A stretch of DNA of 64,000 nt. Origin: Marsupella aquatica. Its lineage: Eukaryota; Plantae; Marchantiophyta. Positions 1 to 12,047 of the stretch are shown one piece after another. Under the pieces are notes generated by a model. It was given only the letters and a program-made list of their open reading frames with translations. It did not search any database and was not told the DNA's origin. A program made the position numbers and the translations under genes. Positions within the stretch are counted from its first letter, which is position 1, and every line of letters starts with the position of its first letter. The stretch covers positions 13,422,330 through 13,486,329 of the forward strand of contig OZ316898.1 of the NCBI GenBank assembly GCA_973895155.1, read 5' to 3'.

Positions 1-1
1 A

Positions 2-547
2 CCCACAATTGACATCCAACCCACTACCCACAACACTATTGACACTTTACTCCCACATCATGGGGAGAAACATGCTTCCTCTCTGAGTGTTCCAAACTGC
101 CTTCAACACCTTGTTCCAGACAAAGATAACCACACTTCCGGCCAGAGTACTCCAATAGAAGTTTCACATAACGAGAAACTCGCTTCCTCTTCTGATGACA
201 CCGAACCCACAAATTCAGAAAATATTCTGAATCTCTTTCCAATAGTGCAAAAGACAAGTACAGAAGGCGATGTGGGAGATGCAGCACCACATGGCTTGGA
301 AACTCATGTACTTCAATGTACAGGTGATGTGAACCTTCAACTCGGACTTGGTGGCGGTCCAAACGGGGACCACGAAAGAAACAAGTCCCCTCTGCAGCTA
401 ATGTATGAGTCTTTTGGTCGTAGTTTAGAGGACGTCCATCAGCGACTAGATAGGTATATTGCCAACCAGCCAACAATCTTGGAAAAAAATATGGATGACC
501 TTGGAAAATGGATAGCATCAGTTTCTGATTGGATCAATCGTCTTTGA
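2..547 (+). CDS. 3' end of an unknown ORF entering from outside the window (>=181 aa), convergent with the MULE transposase
   Basis: Frame 2 is open from base 2 to TGA at 545-547 (PTIDIQPTTHNT...LGKWIASVSDWINRL*). No recognisable domain. Confidence 0.45.
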   Translation, partial: PTIDIQPTTHNTIDTLLPHHGEKHASSLSVPNCLQHLVPDKDNHTSGQSTPIEVSHNEKLASSSDDTEPTNSENILNLFPIVQKTSTEGDVGDAAPHGLETHVLQCTGDVNLQLGLGGGPNGDHERNKSPLQLMYESFGRSLEDVHQRLDRYIANQPTILEKNMDDLGKWIASVSDWINRL

Positions 548-1178
548 ATGTGATGGCCTCAATGGTCAGAGGCAAACTTATGTAAGTGGTACCACGTTGT
601 ATCACATTGTACTTTCCAGTGTGGATAATGGAATTAATAAATTTCCGCCTTTCCTCAATTGACATGATATATCGTCCGTGAATCGTGAATTGCCATGTTT
701 ACACAATTTGAATGTTTGTACCGGGGTTTCTACTCTTCCATGTTGTGCACTATATATTGCGTAACATCATACAATCTCAGTCTGACATTTCCATAGTAAA
801 CAAATCCATTTGCAAAATTGTGCATGCTCCTTAATTTTGTAAAAATCTTTCCGATCCAACACAATGAATGAAGGATGGAACTTCCATAAGGTAAACTCAT
901 AATAAAATCCGCTTTACATTCTCGTGCTTTAATGAAGCATTGCCCCCATGGCGCCAAAGTATTTGCCCGGTCTAAACTGTGACATGTTTTACTTTGAAAA
1001 CTCTAATCTGCTATACACACAACACTATCATCATGTAATCATGAAGTGGGGGCCGCAACACTGTGTCATGTTGCCCCAGCTGAGAAAGCTTGTAGTAGGT
1101 CAGAGAAGCTAGGCGACATGGCCCATGTTTGACTAGTTCCTATGTGAATGTTCCCAATCACTTGCGATTGGAATGGAG

Positions 1179-4100
1179 TTAATGTTGACTCAAGGCTGCC
1201 GATTGTGAACATCCTTCTTTTACAGCCTCTAGCGGATATGGTGGACAAGCACGATTCTTCCTCGGGCGAGCTGCTTTACCTGGCTTGACAGTAGCATTGG
1301 AGGCAGCATGACCCTTTGACATGTTTTTGTTGGCTCTCTTTGATTGAGTCGTCGTAGCAGGCAATGATTTGCTCCCTACATTCAAAATGACTACATTGCC
1401 AACAATGAGCCAAATACAAGTGCAAGCAGAGGCATACAAGGGGCTGTAAACAAATTTAAATGTGCAGTGCACGCATCCCCTAAAGTCTTACCTTCTTTTG
1501 TGAAACCGGTTGTTGTTACTGCATTTAGCATGTCCTGCAGGGCGTCGACTGCCATCTTGTCAAATTTGCCTTGAAATGAAAGTGTTGTATCCTTCTTCTG
1601 AATGTGTAGTTTCTCTGGGGCACTCTGCACCATGACATGTTTCTTGACTTTGTCATGATCGCCCTTCCCTTTTCTCTTTCGTCTGCCCTTTGTCAGTTTG
1701 TCCACCCATCCAAGCTTCGCCACTGTTGTAACGTCCGACTCTTCATTCGGAACCATAGTCTCCGGCCTGGTCGAATCTGCTTCTAGCCTAGTGATGTTCT
1801 GTTGAGCCTCCCTAGTTTGCAATGATTCACACCAAGCCTTCAATTCCTTAAGAGCTTGGTTTGCTAGGGATGGCCTGTAAGAAATGGTGTCATAAGCATT
1901 TTTTAGAACGCATTGAAACTCATCCAATGGAGGGGACATAAGAACCAAATCAGGTTGGGCCGGTTCGTCGTCTCGGAACTCCTCATCATCGTAGTGAAGA
2001 GTAACGTCTGCAACTTCGGTAATGGGTTCCAGTTCCCCATTTTCGACCTCCAAGTGCACATGAAGCCCTCCACAAAAGGTACCCATATTGGAACCAAGTT
2101 GTGTAAGGAGATCCAGCTTTGTAATTGTTTTTGTCATTAGCAGAACCTTGATCTAGAAAACAAGGTTACAATGGTTAGGGTGTACATGTGAAGTAAAGCC
2201 ACACGGACCAAACAAACGAAGGCATGAATTGAAGCAAAGTCGATCATACCTGATGCTTGCAAGCGTTTCCTTTGATTGAATACCCACAAGTGCAAGAGCA
2301 CCCATGATTGTTCCAATGAGTAACAAGGTGCTCCTTCACGGAGCTATATTTGTCTGATATGCTTTTGACTGAGGCACACTTAGTTGACCCACATTCAATG
2401 AGTGTGACAAAATGATCGGGGATTAGTTTGGCCCGATTCATGCATTTGTGGATGTGTTGTTCGACTGAACGATTCCTCAGCCTGCCTTGGAACTTACTAG
2501 CGGACATGCACCAATAATGGTTCTCAATGAGTTTAAGCCTCTCAATTAGCCACGGAATTGACCTGCCACTGACACTACTCTTGTATGCCTTCAATTCTTT
2601 CTTCAAGGTGTGGTGCCACCGTTCAATTCCACCATTTGTGTTCTGATTTGCATGCCTATACAACCTCAGGTTTATAGCCCAGCGAGTGATTTTCCCGTGC
2701 CATTCTCTCCTGTAGTAGGCTACAAAAGCTGGTTGTGTTTCCTTCCATCTGTCCATGAATGCTTCAGACTCTGCTTTGACATCTGCATGAATCATGAATT
2801 TTTGGGGCCAATCAAAAATTCAGAATTGATCATGGGAAGGATGCAACCACAACAGACAACAGTTAATGGCATATGGTTTTCAGAGCTAACCAGATCCATC
2901 GGAGTACATTAACGCCCCGAGGTCTGCGCTAATCTGCGCTTTTGCAAATGGGCAAAACACTTTCCAAATAATGTTTTTTGTCCAGGCCCTCCTGACGTGC
3001 TAGCTACAAAACGTGATCGGCACATCTGGGAAGACATTGTTGTGAACATGCAAGAAGCAAACAAGTAATAGTGTTGAAGGTCGGGTCTTATAAATTGCGA
3101 TATATAATGCCTTTGCTCAAATTAGTAAGTAGCCAACCAGGTTGCCTTCAACGATAGAATAAAGCTTGAACGTGGCTTATTATTAGTTTCAACATGAATT
3201 CACAAGTAATGCAAGTAGACAGTGCCCCGGGTATTCACACAACAATTTACCTGATTGCAATTTTCTCTTCATCTGCAACATCGATAATCCAGCAATTTGG
3301 CTTCCATGGGCCACGTAGTCCCATATCCTTTCTCTTACTGTATGCAGCCTCTTTGAGTGCTAACAAAACCTTCGTCACTTGCACCGCTTTATACCTTTGA
3401 AGGATAGCGAAAGCGACAGGGATGGCATTTTGAAATTTGTCAAATACGACAACAATGTAGAATGGAAACTGCATACAAAGAATAATTAGATGACATCATT
3501 CTAGTGTCATGTGGATTCCAATGACGAATTAAGTGAGGGCAACTGAAGCTTAAAAGTAGTTGTAGTTTTGAATCCATACATACCCCGCAGTGATGGGTGC
3601 CGAATGTGGCATCGAACCCCACCGCACTGTCGTGTCCTAGCGTTGCCAGCTGTTTTTTTTGCCAATCAGTCGACCAGGCTAAGATGAATGGTTGGTCCTG
3701 TGCTTTTAATTGCGGTTGGTAAAGGTGGACGTCAGACTCATTCTGAGTGACCCAATTCTGAACCCCAGCTGCATCATCAGTTGTGTAGAATGGTTGTCTC
3801 CTAAGCATAGCCTCTCGACTGTCCAAACGTCTTTCGGTGTTAGCTGCATGTCCGTGCTAAAGATTACATTTGCATCCTCATCTGGGTGTTCTTTTCACCA
3901 TTTCAAAGCTACCTTGTCAAAGTGGGCCCTGATTATAGCCTTCGCTGACATGCCAGCCCTCAAATATCTTTCTAATTTAGCCCTCAGTTTCAATGAAATA
4001 CGTGGAGCTATGTGACAATTGGATGCATATGCAGATGTGTCTTGTAACCCATGGCATATTTCCCCGTGTTTATCGTGATGTTCCCTATGTAACCAGCGTA

Positions 4101-5142
4101 CGAGAACAACATCCTTACGCTGTACAAAGTGAGTTGCAGTAAAGCTGCACCTACAGCCTCGCCTGATTGAGTGGCCTGATTACATCCAGCATTACATATG
4201 GATGGTTAGCAATCGTTGTGTCAGTTGAGATTCGGCCCTACCAAAGTTGCCAGCGTTTCAGTTTACAGCAGAATGAGTACTGTTAAGTCAGACCGCACAC
4301 TTTGAACACAATATGACAAAGACATTGCTTGCCAGACCACACGCTTTCTATAGGATATTGCAAAGACACTATTGTCTGATTTGAGTCATGGGTTCCCCTG
4401 CAAAGGCCAATGTCAGAAATCAGCAGAACGTTGTTTGCATGGGAATAGTGTTTATACCTATGATGGTTTTCTTCTTCAGGTACACGCCTCCTTCGTTTGA
4501 CTTCAACTTTTCTGGAACCTTGTTGCCCATTACATTCTTCCAGTGGCGCTTGTCTTCGGGGCCAAAGCAGCAATTATACCATGTGACAGTCTTCTCAAGC
4601 GGCCCGGATCCATTAATCTTATGCTCAGCCAATCTTCTGACCGAGAACTGTGTGTGAAAGTTTTCCCGCATGTTTTCTCCCCAGATGAAATCATTCTAGT
4701 GATGTTTAGGAATCCAGGCATATTCGGCGCTAGTCCCAAACCATTGTAAGACGCTTGCATCAAATTCGCCAAGTTTAGATCTGTCGTGATAGCACTTCTT
4801 GAGGTCAGGCATCGGGCGCTCAGCACGATTCCCTGAGTCTTTGAGGACATTGTCATGCTTGACGGCGTCCTTCTTCACACCGTTGTGCTTCACATCCTCT
4901 TCCACTTGCATTTCACAGAAATTACCCTGTAAGCTACCTAACCCATGAATTTTTCCGTCGTCATTCACTACCTGTGAATCCTCAATAATAATGCACTCAA
5001 GGTCGTCGAAAGATCCCACCTGTGATCCAATGTTGACAGCCTGCATCCTGTCTTGCAAATGTCGTATAGAGGGCCGACTTGTTAATGTGATTACTCCACT
5101 CTGGAATGCAGCAAACCTTGACCTCAGCTGGTTTAAGTCCAT
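1179..5142 (-). pseudogene. Mutator-family DDE transposase with SWIM zinc finger (AT1G60560/AT4G13970-like lineage), spliced and disrupted
   Basis: Motifs: CCFGPED; RRGCRCSF...H..H..CHG; catalytic D in VGFDATFGT; D in WIIDVADEE; C-x-x-H motif FCS*HVRRAW; E in TNGGIERWH; SWIM CSCTCGYSIKGNACKH. GT-AG introns (e.g. 2153-2249). In-frame stops at 4696-4698, 3895-3897 and 3000-3002, plus a frameshift near 3810. Confidence 0.88.
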
Positions 5143-5751
5143 TCATGCATGCGGGTGAGGACCAGCCCCGTAATGGGATTTCAACAATGCTGTTCGCCCA
5201 CTTCCTGAATTGTCCCTGCAATGCACCGCCAAAATCGTCGTGCAAAGCAAAACATTGCCAATGCAGCTGACAGTACCTAAACTTGAGCCATTCTCTCCAT
5301 ACATTGTCCATCGCGCCTTTGCCACCAAAATTTTGAATGCGTACTTACTTACGAATTCAAAAATGGTTTTTGACGCCTACATTATAGGTTGTAGAGTACA
5401 CACATGCAGGCTCGACAAAATAATACAGTGACGGGCGATGGCGACGGGGAGAGCCGCGATGGGCATGGGTTTAGGGTGGGAGGACGCCATGCGATGGGCG
5501 ACGGGAACAGCAGAAGGGACAGGGCTGTTTGCGGTGAAGGTGTCCCTGGTTTTCCTTAAGGCCAATCGTGCCTGGCAAAAGTTTGGGCAGGCGACGTGTC
5601 ACCTAAACCTGCCCAAAAACCCTCTAACCTGCCCAAGAGCCCGAGCTGCCCTGATTAGTACGATCGAGGCATTAATATGCCTCGATCTTGCCTCTCGTCA
5701 TGAATCTTTTTTTGATCAAGATCTAATTATATCTTTTAGACTCTACATCTA

Positions 5752-6030
5752 GTCATGTACTGGAAAAATGACATGTGGTGAGAAAGTAGGGCCAACATTT
5801 TGTAAAGTAAGGAGCACTTAGGAGAAGGCACCAGTCACCCAAAACTATCTTGTTTCTACTTTCATTAAACGTTCATCCCAAATTTAAAAAGGAACTATTA
5901 ATTATTCTTTTTAATTTTAGAATGTTTGTGAGTCATAAACTAAGACTAGAAGACAATGCACAAGACAAGCTACTTTAGTATTTGCGGGGATCCTCACAAT
6001 GTATCTTAAAGAAAATTATATATTTTGATG
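5752..6030. repeat. Dispersed repeat, diverged copy of 32235-32540
   Basis: Collinear shared blocks, e.g. AGTCACCCAAAACTAT..TGTTTCT.CTTT.ATTAA, ACAAGACAAGCTA, GGGGATCCTC and CTTAAAGAAAATTAT. Confidence 0.7.
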
Positions 6031-7419
6031 ATTTATGTATATACCATAGTAAGTCCTAAAACTAAGTTTAATATCATTTGGGGAAGGTTGCTCGTAGTTG
6101 GAGCAACCTTGAAAGGCAAGTCCTTGAAAGGGAAGTCAAAAACTAAAATTAGCTCTAGACCAGAGAAGAAAACTTGATCCAAGAAAATCGGCTGTGGCGT
6201 CAAAGAAAAAAATTAAGGTCTGTGAACAGTCATTTCCTTTTGGTTTTTGCTTTGGCCCTAGTGATCCCACTTTAAACCCCGCAACGATTACCCCCAAGTT
6301 CATCATCATCCCAATGTTGATTAAACTAAAAATTGATGGATACATAACGATTATGTGGTTAGGGCAGGCCTCACTGAGTACTTTTCTATGTCTTGTCCAC
6401 CGGTACAGCAACGACTAAAAGCATGATTTCTATTATTGTTCATAGAATAGAGACTGTTCATAGTCAATCCAGCGGTGCTGACGAAACGAGAATCTGGTTA
6501 TGATCGTAATTTTGACATGCAGGGCAATCCAACGAATCTTGCTTAGGACACGACTGACGTTTCGTGATTTGTCGCCACCCAGCCTTCAACAACAAATCCA
6601 AAACGAAGTATGTTGATTTACAGGACATGCGGTGCTTTAAATCAATCAGACAACCCTGATGTAGGTTTAATGAAAGGTTCTCACCATGATGCAAGCATTA
6701 CAGGCTAAAGTCCGATACCATGGCTGCATCTATGTGATCGACGGATGCCGACCAGTTACCTAACTATCGAAAGGAATTTGGACTCTGAGGTACTCATCGT
6801 GCAGTCAATTCAACAGTTAGACACTCATCGTGCAGTCAGTCTCTGAGTCTCGTAATGGACAATGTTGACTGTCTCTTTCTATCGATCAATTTCGGTGACC
6901 ATAGAGAATAATGAAGTAAGATCATTGACAATTTATTGAAGTCCGAAGCTCTGTTGCATTGCTTCCGCTGTCTGTGCTAGCTCTATCGATTTGTTGCCAA
7001 TACTTCTGCAATCTAATTCTGGCTGGCCAATCTGATATGTTATACTGGCTAGCTAGCCCACTCTAATATATTTCTCATACGCACAAACCCGGGCACAAAT
7101 TAACTAGAAAACCTTGGTAAATTTCCGCAACCACGTATTGACTTCTTTCGCCAATCGACGTAGTGGTCATATGATCTGTCAAATCTTCTTGAGCTTCCAC
7201 CATTTACACCTCGACTACAATTCTAGTTGATGACCCGAATTGATCAGGGTCGTGCAAAAATGGTGATGTTAGATGTCAAAGGTCTACTTTGAAATAATTG
7301 ACTCGAAATTTTTCAAATAATTATATATTGCCAAGAAAAATGACAGACAATTGACCATCGTACGAATTTACGATGAAGTTCAATAATTGGGTATAGATCG
7401 TCACTGACGTCGCCCATCT

Positions 7420-9761
7420 TCAAATGTCAATCGTGATGCATTTGAATTTGATCAAGGTCTCATCCGGGTCTTCCTTTGAGTACATCGGCACAAGAGTGAT
7501 GACGACCTTTGAAGGGCCTGCTGGAGCTTCAATATCATCCAGTGTTCTGGAAATACTTTGCTTCCAGTCCAAATCCGGTTTCCCTTCAGTAGCAGATCGG
7601 CTCTGAACCAAGTTGGTGAATCGCCCAGAGAATTCTGCGCATTTAGTTCGCACAGAATACTCGGTCGGGTTCAGCCAATCCACAAAAACGTCAAACCCTG
7701 TGTTCCATGATCGGTCGAGTTTGATTCCGTCAATGGTGAGGAACTCTTCAAGGTTGTGTGGATTGTCTGGTCTGTCCACCACTATAGTGAATGTCTTACC
7801 GCCTTTCAGATGGTAGTATCCTCTCGAGTCTTTGCTTGGCACTGGCAAGCTTTCGGCTTGGGCAATAAGTTCATAGTAGCTCAGCTTATTGCACTTGGTA
7901 GTGTTGAAGAAAACCCATGGTGCATCATTAGCGCGTTGATAAACATATCCCAACTTTTTCGAGTCTAACGAGTCTCCTACCGTCACTCTTCTCAGATCCT
8001 TGTTTTCATCGTAGAACAGAAACTCAGCATTCAGAAAGTCAGGGTCTGAGTAGTCCTCATGAGTCTGACCTAATACTGGCCCAATATCTTTCCATACCTG
8101 TTTTAAGCCAACCACGGACAGATATTAGATTTCAGTGATGAAAGTCAACTTAATTCTGCAATATTTGAAAAGTCGTTGACCATAGAAATTGATCACATAA
8201 AGTATTCGATAATTGACTATCTCGAGCGGACTTATGTACCTGCCACATACGATCGACGTTGGAGTGATGAGAGTAGAAGGCAGGGTCACGGGCTGCGCGT
8301 GAAAGCTGACCCATGTCGTTGCCTGGCGGGTCGGTTCCGACCCAGGAATGAACACCAGAATGAGCACCAAGTTCTAGAGTTCCAGCACCTCCATTTGGGC
8401 CTCCAGTGCCTGTGAATTCAAAACCAGTCAACACTTAATCAGCCGACATTGTTGGGATCGCAAGCCCTCAAGATATGATTTGAATAAAACTCTTCCGGAA
8501 AGAGCCGAACTGCTTGAAACGCTAGCTAGTAAGGGATTCATAGTAGAGTTTGTAGTTCAATCCAATTCAATTTTTAAGAGTCTTCCTTTCTTGATAGCTG
8601 GCTTAAAGCAGCTTGTGTGAAGGGTCTTTGCAGTCACAACGGTATGTACACACACCTGCCACGTTCCCTGCGTAATATGGCCGGCCCATGAAGGTTTCTT
8701 TCGATGTTCCGCCACTCACCAACGCTTGGTACAGTATGTTCAGATTACTTTCAATGATGTCTTCTGCAGATGCGTTGAAGAGAGCCTGTGCTATTGCAGG
8801 TGTGACAGGGGTGTAACTGACATCGGGGAAGTGGAGCCGGCCATATCCCTTCGCATTCGCCGATCGATTGACATCGTATAAGGCGGAGGAAGTGTCGGCG
8901 TAGAAGGCTGGGAAGTCATCTCCCTGTTTCAGACAAGCTCCATGCTTGGAAGAGCCATCGCCTACACTGTAGGGAGCATCCCAGTTCCAATAATTGAGGC
9001 TGAAGTCGGGGTCTCCCAGGAGCGACTGCAGGATCCTCTCGTGGAAGTACAAGTACCACCTGCATTCATTGATTCCGAACACTTCTCAGCTTCTCCGTGG
9101 TTGAGATTCAATTTAAATTCCCTCCTTAAGAACCTTAGCCCTGTCAGGAAACGTCATTATGGCGAGTACAAGCAAACATATGTGAAATTGTTCGATCCTT
9201 AAATTGAAACATTTCAATTTTGTGACAGCTGCTGAATGTTTCATTAGCTAGACTGGTCTGGAAATGATCACATTGGTGTAGTCGTGCAGCTAATGATTTG
9301 ACGTACCTGTGCCATGGAAAGAATAGCCAGCTCCAGTGGATGTCAATTCCCTGGGGAGATCCACTACTGTTCACGGTCAAGAATGCACCCCCGCAATAAG
9401 AGCAGTGAAGTTGCCATTGCTGAGCGAAGGAACGTGGGTCATCTTCTGGCAGTGCCCGCATCAACTCATACGCCTTGCTGAGCTTTGCAGCATAAGCTGC
9501 ATCCGTGCATTGCGCAGCTTTTCTAACTCTGATATGTTTCGTCGACACAGGAGGTGGCCCATTGATGATCGGCCTAGTTGGCTTGACGGGACAGCACTGG
9601 ATGGATTCTAGTGGACCTCCGGGACGTGGAACAAGTAAGTAGGTTGAATTCCGGCAGTGATCGAAGGTTACCTTGATCGGGTCGCCGTCCACAGCTGCCG
9701 GAAACATGAAAGCCATGGAGATTGTACCGAGCATCATTATCGACAACAAGGGGACCTCCAT
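7420..9761 (-). CDS. PPO: Polyphenol oxidase (type-3 copper, catechol oxidase/tyrosinase family), secretory-pathway type, about 568 aa, 4 exons
   Basis: Exons 9761-9307, 9059-8656, 8409-8240, 8097-7420 are all GT-AG and total 1707 nt in frame. CuA: HCSYC..IHWSWLFFPWHR. CuB: GTLELGAHSGVH..DMG..AARDPAFYSHHSNVDRMW. Also YWNWD, DWL-like (DFLNAEFLFYDEN, LGYVY..APW) and KFDV-like (GFDVFV, EFSGRF) regions. Hydrophobic N-terminus. Confidence 0.95.
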
Positions 9762-10459
9762 TGCTCCGCCTCGATCACCACTGGGCGAAGGTTTACTGCA
9801 TGTACGTTATGGACCTCCTGATAGGCTTCAAAGTAACTCAGCTGGATAACTCTCCAGTTGAGAAAATCATTGAGCTTGAAGGGATGCCTTCTCCTGTGAG
9901 CAATGCATTAATTCATGAAGGAACGTAGTATTGAAGGCTGTTATTAGTTGGTGTCCTGAGACGCAGACTAGAAAGACACACCAATCTAAAATCTGGTTTG
10001 GTGATTGATGACACAAATCATCCAATCGAAAGCCACTTTACTCAGGAATGGCCGAGCAGGAAACCCAGCAATCAACTCAATGAGCTAAATACCCTGAAAA
10101 ACGAATGTATACCAGTAAGTCGTCTACAGGTATCCAGTGTCGTGAGCAGCCCAAGAATGATAAGTGCACTTCACGATTCTGTAGTTGTCACGCGGAAGGA
10201 TACGCTGCTCATCAGATGTCCACTCCTTTAATAGCACACGATGGAATGAACGTCGCGTTGAAAGATTCCACGGGGTCTTTGGATATAGCGCTTACCTTTG
10301 AAACCACGTCCAGTCCTCAAAGAGACGACGCGGTCCTTCGATTTTAAAGTAACTCGTGGTCTTCCAGGGGATAATAAGCATGTGTCGGTGTGTCTTCTTA
10401 TTATATTATTAGCCACCGTTATCTGAAGCTAGAAGTCTCCTGCACTTATTAGCGCGCGG

Positions 10460-10574
10460 GGACAAATTTGAATTTGTCCACTTGATTTAAAAGTCCGTGC
10501 ATGGGCTTGGACAAATTCGAATATGTACACTTGATTATCGGTCTCTTGCAAATTTCACGTCTCTTGCAAATTTC
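10460..10574. repeat. Cluster of short direct repeats, possibly a transposon subterminal region
   Basis: GGACAAATT(T/C)GAAT(T/A)TGT(C/A)CACTTGATT x2 and GTCTCTTGCAAATTTC x2. Confidence 0.55.
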
Positions 10575-11677
10575 GTGGCAAGAGTCCCTCAATATGGGGT
10601 CTCTCCCAAATTTCCGGCAACAAAGAGGAAACAATTATTTTGGAAAAAGAAAAATAGTAACAGACCCCACTATGGGTCCTTTCCAAAATTCGAGACTCCA
10701 CAGCATGCCATGTCATCGAGACGCGCTGCAAACAGATACGAATTGATTTACAAAATAAATTTGCTTCAACATTCGTGTCTGTGACATAATTTTGATAAAT
10801 TTGAGGATGCCATGCCATAAATATTGATATAAAAATGTTTGAAAAAAAACCTTTTTACTTACCCTAGGTAACAGACTGTTCAATTATTAGGAGGCCCACC
10901 TTCTATTTTTTTTACCCTTAGTAACCGCTGCCCACCCGTATTCTGAATTGTGTTTCAATTGAATAATAACAAAATCTCTCTCGGCAAGTTGATCTGATGA
11001 CAAAGTAACCGTGACAATTTTCTCGACCTTCTGTTGCCACGAAGGAAGAAGTGGACATGATTCTATGTTGGATCACTCAGCGTTCCTTTCCATGGCATCA
11101 TCATTGTAGTTCCTAACTCAGCGATGCCTCTCGCTACTGTTAGATTGTCCAATGCATGAGACACGAGCGAACGAAAGAGAAGCAAGCTTAGCAAGGTCCA
11201 GTAAGGGCTTTGTCTACGTGACTACGTGCCACTTACAAAGATACGAGCTATAACCAAAGGCACCAGCACTCATTCTGCGTCCAGCCAGCCTTGAACTTCG
11301 CTTCTTCGGATTCATTGGAAGGGGGTACATGGAGATCATAATGGTGCAGCAAGCAGACTGCCATCCTCCATTACCCCACTTGTAACATGGCTGGTTCACA
11401 CCAGTACATGAACAGTAGGGAATGGAATTAGAGAAACTTCCGTCAACTTCCTCTGCATCAGAAATGCTGTGCTTGTGCTACAGTCCAATTTCACAAAGGA
11501 ATAACATAAGGACAACACCAAAACAGAATGATCAATCACATTGCGGAAACTGATGGAGAATTGAGAATATTGTCACTCGTGAATAGTCCCCACTCCTGGA
11601 GACTCCAAACAGCAAGCTAGTAAGAACCGAGGCGAAAGGGAACAACAAAAATCACCAAAAGGAATCGAAGAGACTGT

Positions 11678-12047
11678 ATGCTGATCGAGCAGAAAGAAGA
11701 AGGAATTCAGGAATTAGTTTGAAGGAGAAACCAATCACTCAACCAAGGAAGAATCGCGAACAATTCATAAGGACAGTACACGATCGAAATTGCCAGAAGA
11801 GATCAGAGGAACCGTTCCCTGTAGAAGCGAGAAGCATCTCCTGTCCGCTTTCGGAGTCTTCGACAAGAACAATGACGGATTCATCAGCGTGGAGGAATTG
11901 CAGATGGTGTTGAAGAGCCTGGGCATGAAAGAAGGACATAGTTATAAGAAGTGTCAGAACATGATCAAGGAAGTCGATGCGGACAGTAATGGGAAGGTGG
12001 ACTTTCAGGAGTTCAAGGAGTTGATGTCGTCTGACACTTTCCGTTAA
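11678..12047 (+). pseudogene. Calmodulin-like (CML) two-EF-hand gene lacking an in-frame ATG
   Basis: Two canonical EF-hand loops, DKNNDGFISVEE and DADSNGKVDFQE, with a CML-type linker (LKSLGMKEG...CQNMIKEVD). The frame is bounded upstream by TAG at 11715-11717 with no ATG before the first EF hand. The nearest ATG (11678) is in another frame. Confidence 0.7.

Larger units (their letters stand above)
1..5660. mobile_element. Putative Mutator-like (MULE) DNA transposon; left end probably lies outside the window
   Basis: Contains the MULE transposase pseudogene. A GC-rich block with repeated AACCTGCCCAA motifs at about 5570-5655 resembles a terminal region. The matching TIR and TSD are not visible. 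Confidence 0.5.

Noticed and set aside
36-518. 160-aa minus-strand ORF
   Set aside because: Likely an antisense shadow of the plus-strand frame open from 2 to 547. No recognisable motif.
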